This document shows, piece by piece, positions 46,050 through 58,333 of a stretch of DNA of 64,000 nt. The notes under the pieces are model-generated. The model saw only the letters and a list, made by a program, of their open reading frames with translations. It had not been told where the DNA came from and searched no databases. This stretch comes from Oligoflexia bacterium (lineage in GTDB: Bacteria > Bdellovibrionota > Bdellovibrionia > JABDDW01), in the NCBI GenBank assembly GCA_043732305.1, contig JAYTHU010000231.1, positions 38,339 to 102,338 on the forward strand. Direction: 5' to 3'. The position numbers and the translations under genes were made by a program. Numbering within the stretch: position 1 is the first letter of the stretch; every line of letters starts with the position of its first letter.

Positions 46050-46972
46050 GTGAATTCCTCATGGTGAATAGCGACTCCGAACCTAAGTCCGCGGGTTGAA
46101 ACAATCATTTCGGTTGCGTGGGCAAGCTTCAAAGAAATTTCTAAGAGCACGCAGCCAGCCACAATCACGTCTGCACGAAGCGGTTCTAAACCTACTATTT
46201 TTTTTCTTTCACCGTTGGTCATAGGTATCAATCTATTTTTTAGTTTTAAAATTATCTCTTTAGTTAATCTGAACCCCTCGACTTTAGATTCATCAAAATT
46301 TATTTCTTGATCGACACAAGCAAGGGTAGTTGGAGTTCCCGCAACCGCCAAAATCAAATCGGCATCAACGGAGCCATATCCGCTCATGATGCCATCTGCA
46401 TATTGTTCAAGAGCTAGAAGATCCTTTGCTTCAACAATGCCTTGAGAATTTTTACTTAGAAACATTTCTGTGAGACGAACGCAACCCACATCAAAACTCT
46501 GGGCTCGAGGTTTTCCTCCAAAGCGAGAGTGAATAAGTTCGGTCGAGCCGCCACCTACATCCACCACTAAGATTTTTTTCTTCTCTGGATTTCTAAGCGT
46601 GCTGATGGCCCCAGCAAAACTAAGTTCGGCTTCACGCGAACCTTCGATGATGTGCAATGGAATTTCGAGAGTTCTGCAGATTTCGAAAAGCTCTGAGCCA
46701 TTTTTCGCATCACGCGCCGCACTTGTGGCTATGGCAATCACTTTATCAGGTTTAGCTTTTTTTATAATTGCACTGAACTCTTCAAGACAGGCTTTCGCTC
46801 TTGATAGAGCCTCGGGAAGGAAAAATTTATTCTGACTTACTTTTTCCCCTAAGCGAACGACACGAGAATGATCTTCGAGCACTTTCAAAGTCTTGAGACC
46901 ATCCGCGCTTTCTACCGCCCCAATCAGGCAAAGAAAACTATTTGTTCCCATGTCGATAGCGGCAATTCTCAA
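46046..46972 (-). CDS. ppx: Ppx/GppA-family exopolyphosphatase
   Basis: AAIDMGTNS, ATSAARDAKN, DVGGGSTE, RADVIVAG. TTG start at 46972 after AAGGAG. Confidence 0.9.
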   Translation of the reverse strand: MRIAAIDMGTNSFLCLIGAVESADGLKTLKVLEDHSRVVRLGEKVSQNKFFLPEALSRAKACLEEFSAIIKKAKPDKVIAIATSAARDAKNGSELFEICRTLEIPLHIIEGSREAELSFAGAISTLRNPEKKKILVVDVGGGSTELIHSRFGGKPRAQSFDVGCVRLTEMFLSKNSQGIVEAKDLLALEQYADGIMSGYGSVDADLILAVAGTPTTLACVDQEINFDESKVEGFRLTKEIILKLKNRLIPMTNGERKKIVGLEPLRADVIVAGCVLLEISLKLAHATEMIVSTRGLRFGVAIHHEEFT

Positions 46973-46985
46973 ACGAAGCTCCTTA

Positions 46986-49247
46986 TTAGAAAGGGAGTTT
47001 ATCCAACAACTGCTTGAGTTGGGGGTTATCAATTTTCTCGGCGGCTTTTCTGAGAGCCTTCACACCTTGATCTTTTAATGCGCCTTCGCCAATTTCTTTA
47101 AAGGCCTGAGATAAATTTAAACAGGGAGAAGAGATTTTGCAACCCACTTCAAAGGGCAAATTGAGTCTTCCGTCAGCTGTGCGATTTTTGGCGGGGATAC
47201 CATTTCCTGCAGGCGTGATGAGATGCCCATTGATATCGTTGTTCATATCGAAGTCAACCCAGCCTGTCCCTGTGATTGTGGTGTTAGGCCCTTCCATATC
47301 TGCAATGAGACTTGTGATATTAAATTTTCCGTTACCAATCTTGATGTCAGATTTCAGCTGGCGGAATTTGTCCGTCACATTTATTTTTCCAATTTGATCC
47401 TTTACAGCTTGAATTGGAATGCCAGATAACTTTTCACTGATTTGTTTCATTGCATTGAGAGAGTTCCAAGAACCGTTTTGGATTTCCAAATGAGCCGTCC
47501 CAGTGAGTGATTGCTTCACACGGGGTTTTGAAATTCCTGATCCAGCTATACTGAACTTTCCAAGAGTCTTTCCGAATAAGGTATCCTTGGCCATGGGCAT
47601 TTGATTTGAAATTGCGGCATTGATATCAAGTCCCTTTACATCCCCACTAGCTTGGTAGGTTGGTTCGGCCCCTTTAAAATCCACGCTAGATACAAATTGA
47701 ACATTGCCGCCAAAGGTTTGCGCGGTTGCTTTTCTCAAATTGATAATCAGATCTTTAAAATTAATTTCCGCAATCAAGTTTTCGATCAATGCTTTATGGG
47801 CCACTATTTTTTTGAAATTTACTTTCGCTGTAAAATCCATTCCGCGCATGATAGGATTTTTCTTCATGAGATAAATGGGACCGGCAAGAATAGCCGCAGC
47901 ATCAACATCTGCGCTCTGGCCATTCGTCTTCACTGAAGCTTGCTCCGCTTGCTTTTCTTGGTCAGGTGTTTTGGCGGGAAGGAGAGCATCCACATCAAGA
48001 TTTTTACTCAAGACATCAAGAGCGATAACCGGTTTAGCGAAGTTTTTAACAGTGCCATCAAACTCAAGATCGCTTGCGCCCATTTTCAAAGCAGCTTGGG
48101 AGAGTGTGGCGGTTTCATTATTAAAGTTAAGTGTTGCTCGGAGATCAGTCACTCTCGGAACTATCCCGGGAGCCTTGAGACTTGCACTAGCCAGAGTGAC
48201 TTTTCCACCGTAGTTAATTTTACTAGTTGGGCCACTCACTTTTACTCCAAGTTGTGCTACCCCTTGCATATCAAAGTCTTTGAGAGGCTTTAGAATATTC
48301 TGCCAATGTTCAAAAACGAATTTGCTGCTGTCTATTGTGAGATTCATTTCAGGGTCAGAAAAATTACCGACCGTACCTTTGACCGTCACGAACGCATCAT
48401 TGGCTATCAGTTTCACTTCAGTCAGATTTAAAATTTGATCCGTAGTGGATAATTTAGCTTCTATTTTAAAAGGCACGCCTTTTTGCTTATCAAAGAGCTC
48501 GCCGTACTTCACCACTAAATCTGTGAGGTCTATATCGCTCGTCAGGTCGATTCGATCAAATGCTCCCAACTTCGTATAGATTCCAGATGTTCCCTTTACG
48601 ACAATGGGGCCAGAAACAGCGAGTTCTTTAGATTCTTGAGATTTCAAATTTGTTTTGAAAGAAATGTCAAAAAGCTGGTTGATCCCAAATCTTTTGATGT
48701 CTAAGTCCATCCCGGTGAGATCGGTGCGAGAGTGTTTTTTCTCATCGGCATAGACGAGATGACCATTTTCAATATGAAAACTTAAATCAAACGCCACGAC
48801 TGCGACTTTCCCGCCGCTCGTTTTCGATGAAGGTTGAGCAGCTACTTGTGCACCACTTGGTTTCATGATTTTCATCACGTTCATCTTGCCATCGGGACGG
48901 GTGATAAGATTGATCTCCGGATTTTGGACAGACAAGGTGATGTCGGGTTTTCCGCCAAACACAGAAGAAAAAGGAAGTTCCAACTTTGCATTCTTCATAT
49001 CAAAAATGCCTTGACCGCCGTGGGTCCCTTTTTCGGAGAGAACCATCTTGTCTATCTCAAGAAATATTCCTCCCCAGAAGGAAAGCTTGATATTTCCGAT
49101 TTCAAAATCGGCATTAAGATTATCTGTAACTGCTTTTTCGATTTGAGGTTTGAATTTGTTAGCATCCACAAAAACTGGAATGAGAAGGACCGCGACAATA
49201 ATCAAAACTACAAACCCAGCTAGCCCGATCAAGATTTTCTTAAACAT
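46986..49247 (-). CDS. AsmA-family protein
   Basis: N-terminal TM plus D.NKFKPQIE, beta-rich body, AsmA-like C-terminus. Confidence 0.85.
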   Translation of the reverse strand: MFKKILIGLAGFVVLIIVAVLLIPVFVDANKFKPQIEKAVTDNLNADFEIGNIKLSFWGGIFLEIDKMVLSEKGTHGGQGIFDMKNAKLELPFSSVFGGKPDITLSVQNPEINLITRPDGKMNVMKIMKPSGAQVAAQPSSKTSGGKVAVVAFDLSFHIENGHLVYADEKKHSRTDLTGMDLDIKRFGINQLFDISFKTNLKSQESKELAVSGPIVVKGTSGIYTKLGAFDRIDLTSDIDLTDLVVKYGELFDKQKGVPFKIEAKLSTTDQILNLTEVKLIANDAFVTVKGTVGNFSDPEMNLTIDSSKFVFEHWQNILKPLKDFDMQGVAQLGVKVSGPTSKINYGGKVTLASASLKAPGIVPRVTDLRATLNFNNETATLSQAALKMGASDLEFDGTVKNFAKPVIALDVLSKNLDVDALLPAKTPDQEKQAEQASVKTNGQSADVDAAAILAGPIYLMKKNPIMRGMDFTAKVNFKKIVAHKALIENLIAEINFKDLIINLRKATAQTFGGNVQFVSSVDFKGAEPTYQASGDVKGLDINAAISNQMPMAKDTLFGKTLGKFSIAGSGISKPRVKQSLTGTAHLEIQNGSWNSLNAMKQISEKLSGIPIQAVKDQIGKINVTDKFRQLKSDIKIGNGKFNITSLIADMEGPNTTITGTGWVDFDMNNDINGHLITPAGNGIPAKNRTADGRLNLPFEVGCKISSPCLNLSQAFKEIGEGALKDQGVKALRKAAEKIDNPQLKQLLDKLPF

Positions 49248-49250
49248 TTG

Positions 49251-50687
49251 TCATTCTCCTTTAAGTTTCTTATTTAAAATGTCATTGATGACCTGAGGGT
49301 TCCCTTGGCCTTTCATTTCTTTCATGACTTGCCCAACAAAAAATCCAAAAAGCTTATCCTTGCCCGACCGGAACTGTTCAACTTGGCCCGGATTTGCGGC
49401 AATGATTTTATCAATGATGGTTTCAATGGCTTTCGTGTCAGTGACCTGAGCGAGCCCATTTTCAGCAATAATCTCATTGATTGATTTTCCAGAATATTTG
49501 CCTTGCGCGAGATCCTCGAAAATTGTTTTAGCAATTTTCCCAGAAATCTTAGATCCATCAATATTAATAATAAGATCTGCCAAAAGTTGACTGCTCACCG
49601 GGGATTGCGTGATTTCTTTTTTCTGCTCATTCAAAATTCTTAGAAGATCGCCCATCACCCAATTGCTGGCAGCTTTTGGATTCTTAGTTTTTTCGGCAAC
49701 GATTTCAAAATATTCTGCCATGGGACGAGATTGAGTTAAAAGATCCGCATCGTAGGCGGGGAGCCCGTACTCTTTTGTGAAACGTCTCATTTTTTGAAGT
49801 GGAAGCTCGGGCATTGTCTTTCTGATGCCTTCAATCCAAGCCGCGTCCACTTTGATGGGAAGCAAATCAGGGTCTGAGAAATAACGATAATCATGAGCTT
49901 CTTCTTTGGAGCGCATGCTGACTGTGCGATTTTTATCGGGATCATAAAGACGAGTCTCTTGCACGATTTTTTCACCGAGCTCGATCAAATCAATTTGCCG
50001 ACCCATTTCATACTCAATCGCTTTTTCAACAAATCGAAAACTGTTGATATTTTTAATTTCAACACGAGTTCCGAATTTTTCAGCGCCTTTTTTTCTGACA
50101 CTGACATTGGCGTCGCATCTCAATGATCCTTCATCCATGTTACCATCGCAAACATCGAGATAAAGGAGGGTCTGTCTGAGATTTCGCAAATATTCTGCAG
50201 CTTGATGGGCAGATCTAAAATCGGGATCGCTGACGATTTCAATGAGAGGAACGCTACTGCGATTCAAATTGATCAAACTATATTCACCGTGATGAGTGCT
50301 TTTTCCAGCATCTTCTTCCATGTGAATACGTGTAAGACCAACCGTGTTTTCCACACCGTCCATCATGAAAGTCACTTTGCCTTTTCCGCAAATCGGATCT
50401 TCAAATTGAGAAATCTGATAACCCTTGGGAAGATCAGGGTAGAAATAATTCTTACGTGCAAAAACATTATGTTCTCTAATTTCGCAATTAAGCGCTAAGC
50501 CGGTGAGAATCGCAAAATTCACGACCTGTTTATTAAGGACAGGCAATGCTCCGGGCATCCCAGCACAAATAGGACAAGTGTTTTCATTGTCGCCTTTACC
50601 GAATTCCGTTGAGCACGAGCAAAAAAGTTTTGTTTTTGTTAAAAGTTGCGCATGGACTTCAAGCCCAACGACTAATTCATAATCCAT
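49251..50687 (-). CDS. gatB: Asp/Glu-tRNA amidotransferase subunit B
   Basis: GLEVHAQL, RKNYFYPDLPKGYQISQ, HMEEDAGK. Confidence 0.98.
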   Translation of the reverse strand: MDYELVVGLEVHAQLLTKTKLFCSCSTEFGKGDNENTCPICAGMPGALPVLNKQVVNFAILTGLALNCEIREHNVFARKNYFYPDLPKGYQISQFEDPICGKGKVTFMMDGVENTVGLTRIHMEEDAGKSTHHGEYSLINLNRSSVPLIEIVSDPDFRSAHQAAEYLRNLRQTLLYLDVCDGNMDEGSLRCDANVSVRKKGAEKFGTRVEIKNINSFRFVEKAIEYEMGRQIDLIELGEKIVQETRLYDPDKNRTVSMRSKEEAHDYRYFSDPDLLPIKVDAAWIEGIRKTMPELPLQKMRRFTKEYGLPAYDADLLTQSRPMAEYFEIVAEKTKNPKAASNWVMGDLLRILNEQKKEITQSPVSSQLLADLIINIDGSKISGKIAKTIFEDLAQGKYSGKSINEIIAENGLAQVTDTKAIETIIDKIIAANPGQVEQFRSGKDKLFGFFVGQVMKEMKGQGNPQVINDILNKKLKGE

Positions 50688-52125
50688 AGGGGGACTTCCT
50701 TACATCAGTTTGGTTTTTCTCAACCACATAAGCAGCATTGATGATTCGTTCTTCTTCAAAATGTGGGGCAAGTAACTGAAGCCCAATGGGGAGTCCACTC
50801 TTTGAATAACCACAATTGAGAGACAATCCAGGAATTCCAGCTAGAGATGGGGTGAGAGTGAAGATATCATTCAAATACATAGCAAGGGGGTCATTGGATT
50901 TTTCCCCGATTTTAAATGCCGGAGCAGCCGTCACGGGAGTGACAATGATGTCACATTTAGCAAACGCCTTTGTGTAGTCATCACTGATGAGTCGTCTCAC
51001 CTGACAGGCTTTTTTATAATAAGCTTCGTAGTATCCACTCGAGAGTGCAAAAGTTCCGAGCATAATACGTCTTTTAGGTTCAGGACCGAAACCTTCTCCG
51101 CGAGACTTTTTGTACAGTTGCGAAAGTTCCGGAACATTATCTGCACGATGACCAAATCTCACTCCGTCATATCTAGAAAGATTCGCACTCGCTTCACATG
51201 GAGCAATCAGATAATAAACCGCAATCCCTTCTTTCGTGTGAGGAAGAGAAATATCTACGACGGTCGCTCCTTGAGCTTTTAAAATATCGATCGCATTTTG
51301 AACAGCCTTTGTCACATCGGGATCGATACCTTCAATGAAATATTCTTTTGGTAAACCGATGCGCAATCCTTTGACGTTGGTCGGAAGATTTTTAGTCCAT
51401 TCCTTAACAGCCATTTCCGCGGAAGTTGAATCCTGCTGATCTTTTCCAGAAATAACTTCCAGAACAAGTGCTGCGTCTTCCACTGATTTTCCGAAAGGTC
51501 CCACCTGATCAAGTGAAGAGGCAAAAGCCACAACACCAAATCTTGAAACTCGTCCATAGGTTGGTTTGATTCCGACAATTCCACAAAAGCTTGCGGGCTC
51601 TCTGATACTTCCACCAGTGTCAGTGCCAATGGAAACGGGAGAAATTCCTGCAGCCACTACGGCGGCAGATCCTCCACTTGAACCTCCGGGAACGCGCGTG
51701 AGATCCCATGGATTCATCGCGGGACCGAAAGCTGAATTCTCATTGCTTGCGCCCATCGCGAATTCATCCATATTGGTTTTTCCAATGATGATCGCACCTT
51801 CAGCTTCAAGCTTATCCACCACGGTGGAAGAATAGGGTGGAATGAAATTGCTGAGAATTTTTGAGGCAGCAGTGGTACGAATTCCTTTTGTTAAAAGCAC
51901 ATCTTTAATTGAGATTGGAACGCCTGCCAATTTTCCAGCTTTTTTTCCGGAAGCTATCTTCTTGGCTATCAAGTTTGCTCGGGCGAGCGCCTCGCTTCTA
52001 CAAATCGTAATAAACGAATTCAAGTCTTTTTGAGACTTCTCCGCTTTGGCTAATGCTTTTTCAACAATTTCAACGACATCGACTTGTCCGTTGTTCACAC
52101 TTTCAGCAATAGATTTTATTGTCAT
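50677..52125 (-). CDS. gatA: Asp/Glu-tRNA amidotransferase subunit A
   Basis: GKTNMDEFAMG, PGGSSGGSAA, GTDTGGSIR. Confidence 0.98.
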   Translation of the reverse strand: MTIKSIAESVNNGQVDVVEIVEKALAKAEKSQKDLNSFITICRSEALARANLIAKKIASGKKAGKLAGVPISIKDVLLTKGIRTTAASKILSNFIPPYSSTVVDKLEAEGAIIIGKTNMDEFAMGASNENSAFGPAMNPWDLTRVPGGSSGGSAAVVAAGISPVSIGTDTGGSIREPASFCGIVGIKPTYGRVSRFGVVAFASSLDQVGPFGKSVEDAALVLEVISGKDQQDSTSAEMAVKEWTKNLPTNVKGLRIGLPKEYFIEGIDPDVTKAVQNAIDILKAQGATVVDISLPHTKEGIAVYYLIAPCEASANLSRYDGVRFGHRADNVPELSQLYKKSRGEGFGPEPKRRIMLGTFALSSGYYEAYYKKACQVRRLISDDYTKAFAKCDIIVTPVTAAPAFKIGEKSNDPLAMYLNDIFTLTPSLAGIPGLSLNCGYSKSGLPIGLQLLAPHFEEERIINAAYVVEKNQTDVRKSPYGL

Positions 52126-52448
52126 AAAACTGGTGGCACCTTAAATAAATTTCCGACGCGCTCGGGACTATTGGACAAAGCTTCTTCGACATTTATTAAT
52201 CTTCTTGGAATGTCTTCCCGAAAGGTCACGGGCATTTGCACGGCAGTCACCATTGTTTCAATGCCATCGGTGTTTACCTTGGAAAGCTCGGAAACATATT
52301 CCAAGATTTTTTCCAGCTGTCCTGCATAGAGCTTTTCTTCATCGGGCGTGAGCGAAAGCTGTGCAAGATCCGCTATTTTTCGAATGGTTATCTCGTCTAT
52401 CTTAGTTTGCGTCGATGGTTTTGATTCTGAACTTGATTGGTTTGTCAT
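52122..52448 (-). CDS. gatC: Asp/Glu-tRNA amidotransferase subunit C
   Basis: IADLAQL, ILEYVSEL, REDIP, FKVPPVL; first gene of gatCAB. Confidence 0.93.
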   Translation of the reverse strand: MTNQSSSESKPSTQTKIDEITIRKIADLAQLSLTPDEEKLYAGQLEKILEYVSELSKVNTDGIETMVTAVQMPVTFREDIPRRLINVEEALSNSPERVGNLFKVPPVL

Positions 52449-52521
52449 GACCTCATAATGTAGGGGAAAGGAGTGCTCGGGGCAAATATTTCTTGATCGA
52501 CCATATGTGTCAGAGCGTTAG

Positions 52522-54633
<2,112 letters not shown>

Positions 54634-54648
54634 TATTCCCAGTACAAA

Positions 54649-55656
54649 CTAGATTTTATTTATGGTGTCTTCGTATCGAGAAGACATATCGTTTTTACCT
54701 TTACGCTCGAGATCGCGTTGCTTAGAAACAAATTCGAAACGGTAAGTGTCATTGAGTAGACAAGCCAGGTAATAGGCTATCCGCGCATCATCTATTCGCC
54801 CGAGCTCGTATAAACTTCTCGCCAGCAATAATGCGGCTTCGTCATCCATTGGATTTACAGCAAATGCAATTCCCAGTTCTTGCACTGCTTGTTCATAGCT
54901 CTTTTCTTGGAAGAAAACATATCCATGGGCTCGTCGCAAAATTCCAGAGGTGGGATGAATCTTAACCGCTTTTTTAAATTCGGCTAAAGCACGGGGCCTA
55001 TCTTCAGAAGCGTAGTAACTCATAGCCAGCAATGTCCAAGAAGTGACATCACCTGGATTTTTCTTAATTGCTTTCGAGCAATTCGAAATTGCCTCATTCC
55101 AAAAAGCTTCTTTGTAATCGAGCAGACAAAGTTTGGAACGAAGCTCAAGATTATCTCCTGTGAGTTTGACGGCTTCCTCATAGACTTGTCTCGCGTCGGT
55201 GTTGAGATCTGCCATCTCAAGCAACTCGCCGAGAGCGAAAACATAAAAAAGATTTTTAGGCTTTATAGCGAGTGCATTTCTAAATTGAATAGCAGCATCA
55301 TCAATTTTTCCGTCCTGGTGATATGAAATTCCTAAACGATATAAAACGCTGTTATTCTTTGGTGCGCGGGTCTGTGCGATTTCTAAATAATGAACAGCTT
55401 CTTTCCAGTTTTTAAGTCGAGCGTACATGCTACCGACGCGGGCATAAGCTTCCGCATTGTCCTTTTGCGCTAGATATTTACTGATAAGCGCTTTCGCCTG
55501 AACCGTTTGATTTTTTCTAAAAAGCTGTTCCGCCTGGATGGAAAAATCTTGGAGAGGAACGCCGAGCGCCCCGGAAGCCGCAAATAGCAACACCGATGTA
55601 AGTGAGATTAACAACAGAATAAAGACTAATATAAGCTTGTGTTCGTTGACTTTCAT
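54649..55656 (-). CDS. Exported TPR-repeat protein
   Basis: N-terminal hydrophobic segment and multiple TPR motifs. Confidence 0.8.
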   Translation of the reverse strand: MKVNEHKLILVFILLLISLTSVLLFAASGALGVPLQDFSIQAEQLFRKNQTVQAKALISKYLAQKDNAEAYARVGSMYARLKNWKEAVHYLEIAQTRAPKNNSVLYRLGISYHQDGKIDDAAIQFRNALAIKPKNLFYVFALGELLEMADLNTDARQVYEEAVKLTGDNLELRSKLCLLDYKEAFWNEAISNCSKAIKKNPGDVTSWTLLAMSYYASEDRPRALAEFKKAVKIHPTSGILRRAHGYVFFQEKSYEQAVQELGIAFAVNPMDDEAALLLARSLYELGRIDDARIAYYLACLLNDTYRFEFVSKQRDLERKGKNDMSSRYEDTINKI

Positions 55657-55682
55657 TTCATCTTTGATGATGCTTGAAACAG

Positions 55683-56225
55683 ATGAATGTGAAAAGACTT
55701 ATTTTCTTATGTGGATTTGTGGTTATCTCTGCGGGCTCGTTTGCTTTCGGCGAAGATCCGTTTCCCCAATGTTCTCGTCCACCCAACATGGGTGAACCCA
55801 CTTTTCTTAAAAAATATGAGACGTGCTTAAACATCCAAACAAAATTTTGCAAAGCACATTCAAAAATTCCTTCATGCTTGGCCTTAGCCAAAGACAAACA
55901 TCCACATCATAGAAATGAACAGAGCATTTCTGAAAACTGCAAAATTCAGTGGGATGGTGCCTACCGATGTCAGCCAAGCACAATCAGATTTATTGTGAAG
56001 GAGGACACTCCTATTCCGAATGTTCCCAAAATTGATGGTGGAGATGAATACAATCAGCCGAACACTGTTTCAGCTCCAGGTGCAAAACCCATCGCGCCTG
56101 CACCCGGCCCAGCAGCGACTCCGATTTCTCCATCATTTGATCCTGGTGGAAGTTTAGCCATTCCGCCACCACTTGGAGCGCGAGTTGTTCCGCCCGCCGA
56201 ATTCAATAAAACTAACGGAAACTGA
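55683..56225 (+). CDS. Hypothetical secreted Cys-rich protein with Pro-rich tail
   Basis: Signal peptide (SFA/AFG), six Cys in the mature region, Pro-rich C-terminus. Confidence 0.65.
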   Translation: MNVKRLIFLCGFVVISAGSFAFGEDPFPQCSRPPNMGEPTFLKKYETCLNIQTKFCKAHSKIPSCLALAKDKHPHHRNEQSISENCKIQWDGAYRCQPSTIRFIVKEDTPIPNVPKIDGGDEYNQPNTVSAPGAKPIAPAPGPAATPISPSFDPGGSLAIPPPLGARVVPPAEFNKTNGN

Positions 56226-56314
56226 TTCCAACTAATTTCAAAAAAATAAAAAGCCACTGAGATGTTTTGAAAACAACCACAGCAGCTTTAATATTTTAAG
56301 AAAAATTAAACCTA

Positions 56315-56348
56315 AAAGTTAAATCGAGAATCAATCTCGAATTTAACT
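56315..56348. terminator. Hairpin downstream of the histone gene
   Basis: AGTTAAATCGAGA-ATCAA-TCTCGAATTTAACT imperfect stem, with a minus-strand T-run after it. Confidence 0.5.
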
Positions 56349-56353
56349 CGAGT

Positions 56354-56551
56354 TCAAATATGATCGATTACGATGTCGCGAGCCATGACAGTTTTACGTC
56401 CGTCTTGTTTAGCTTGCTCAATTCCTTTTTCGCACAAACGCTCGACTGCTTTTGAAAGCACGTCGATAGTTTCAGCGCTGGTATTGCAATCGCCTTTTTC
56501 TTTGATGTATTTCTTTACTTTGCTTGTCACGACTAAGATATCGATATCCAT
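56354..56551 (-). CDS. Bacterial histone (Bd0055-like histone-fold singlet)
   Basis: LVVTSKVKKYIKEKG..NTSAETIDVLSKAVE.LC.KG...AK.DGRKTVMARDIVIDH: RKTVxxxD histone-fold motif; closely matches B. bacteriovorus Bd0055 as recalled. Confidence 0.92.
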   Translation of the reverse strand: MDIDILVVTSKVKKYIKEKGDCNTSAETIDVLSKAVERLCEKGIEQAKQDGRKTVMARDIVIDHI

Positions 56552-56605
56552 GTTGTCTCCTCGTATATGAGTTTTGATAACTAAATTAAACGGTTTTTAG
56601 CGTTT

Positions 56606-56821
56606 TCATTCAAGAGATTTTTGAATTGCTGCCATGAGTCTATGATCTTTTTCTGTGATTGACGCGGTGTCATGAGTATAACTTTCAATAGTGACCACGT
56701 TGTATCTGATCAAAATGTCTGGATGATGGACCTGTCTTTCAGCAATCAAGGCCACTTTTTGCACAAAACCCATCGCTTCCACAAAGTCTCTGAACCTGAA
56801 TTCTTTAATGATTTTTTCCAT
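56606..56821 (-). CDS. phhB: Pterin-4-alpha-carbinolamine dehydratase (short form)
   Basis: FRFRDF, AERQVHHPDI, YTHD..ITEKD; TAATG coupling to nuoN. Confidence 0.85.
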   Translation of the reverse strand: MEKIIKEFRFRDFVEAMGFVQKVALIAERQVHHPDILIRYNVVTIESYTHDTASITEKDHRLMAAIQKSLE

Positions 56822-58302
56822 TATTTCCCCGAAGCAAGGAGGGCGGTAACACTGCGATACACTGGAGCGTAAACCTGAGTCGAAATTATACCCAACAAAA
56901 AAACCAAAATCAGCGACGCCGCAATTACGAATCTTGGCGCAAAAGACTTAGCCGCTTTGACTTCATGAAGTGGCTCTTTCATATACATACTTACAATCAC
57001 TTTTAAATAATAGTATGCGGAAACAAGACTATTGATGACACCAATCACAGCTAACCAAACATAACCGTCTTTTAGAGCCGCTGAGAAAATATAGAATTTT
57101 CCAATGAATCCAACCGTCGGAGGCATTCCTGCCATCGAAAGCATAAATACTGTCATGGCCAATCCTAGGAACGGATATTTAAATCCAAGACCTGCATAAT
57201 CAGAAATATTTTGGTGACCACGCTCTTCTTTTTCGATCAGACTCACAATCGCAAAAGCGCCAAGATTCATCACGCTGTAACTTAGGACGTAAAATAGAAC
57301 AGCCGTGGCCGCTTCGGGAGTGTGACTATTCGCCGTCACGACAATGCCAATCATCATGTAACCCGCGTGGGCAATACTAGAATATGCCAAAACGCGTTTG
57401 ATATTTTCTTGAAGTAGCGCGGAAAAGTTTCCTACAACCATTGTGGCGATAGCCAAAATTTGTAAAATCAAAACGAGTTTGTGATTACCCCAGAAAAAAT
57501 GATTGAGAGCAAGCCTCACAAAAACTGCAAACATCACAAGCTTCACTCCGGTAGCCATGAAAGCTGTAACAGAAGTTGGGGCCCCTTGATAAACATCAGG
57601 AGTCCAAGCATGAAATGGGAACACACTAATCTTAAAACAAATTCCAATCATAACCATGCAAACGCCAACAAAGAAAAGTTGGTTTCTGCCCATCAGTACC
57701 GCTGACTGAACACCTATGTCATAAATTTGTGTGGTTCCTGTTGAACCGAAAAGAAATGCAATTCCGTAGAGTAAAAGGGCAGAAGCAAAACTTCCCAGAA
57801 TAAAATATTTGAAAGAGGCTTCTTTCGAAAATTTTTGTTCATGACCCAGTCCAATTAGAACGTAGAGAGCAATCGACATCAGCTCAAGACCGATGAACAA
57901 AACCATTAAATCGGCGCTCGAAGCGAGAGTCATCATTCCTACGGCGGCGCACATAACTAGAAAAGTGTGCTCAGCTAAACTTTCACCAGTGGTATTGGGA
58001 TTGTTAATAGAAATAAGCAACGTGAAAAAAGTGATGGCGATAATTCCGTAATTAAGAAGGACCGCCATTTTATCAAAAATGAGAGCTCCAAAAAACACAG
58101 GGTTTGCGTGGGCGCCAAGCTCACGTGTGAAAAAAGCCGCGATCAAAAGACCCACGCTAGCGATTAAGATCGTCAAATTATTTGAAGGCTCTTTGTTTGA
58201 ATTAAGAACTTTAATTGTCAAAGGTATGCAGGCGAAAATAAAAAGAATCGTCATAGGAAGAAGGAGCAATGATTCCGCTAGGCTGACTGTTGCAAATTCC
58301 AT
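56821..58302 (-). CDS. nuoN: NADH-quinone oxidoreductase subunit N
   Basis: EASFKYFILGS, FKISVFPFHAWTPDVYQGAP, KRVLAYSSIAHAGY. Confidence 0.96.
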   Translation of the reverse strand: MEFATVSLAESLLLLPMTILFIFACIPLTIKVLNSNKEPSNNLTILIASVGLLIAAFFTRELGAHANPVFFGALIFDKMAVLLNYGIIAITFFTLLISINNPNTTGESLAEHTFLVMCAAVGMMTLASSADLMVLFIGLELMSIALYVLIGLGHEQKFSKEASFKYFILGSFASALLLYGIAFLFGSTGTTQIYDIGVQSAVLMGRNQLFFVGVCMVMIGICFKISVFPFHAWTPDVYQGAPTSVTAFMATGVKLVMFAVFVRLALNHFFWGNHKLVLILQILAIATMVVGNFSALLQENIKRVLAYSSIAHAGYMMIGIVVTANSHTPEAATAVLFYVLSYSVMNLGAFAIVSLIEKEERGHQNISDYAGLGFKYPFLGLAMTVFMLSMAGMPPTVGFIGKFYIFSAALKDGYVWLAVIGVINSLVSAYYYLKVIVSMYMKEPLHEVKAAKSFAPRFVIAASLILVFLLGIISTQVYAPVYRSVTALLASGK

Positions 58303-58333
58303 AAATATAATCCTCTGCTTAAAACCCTAAGGT

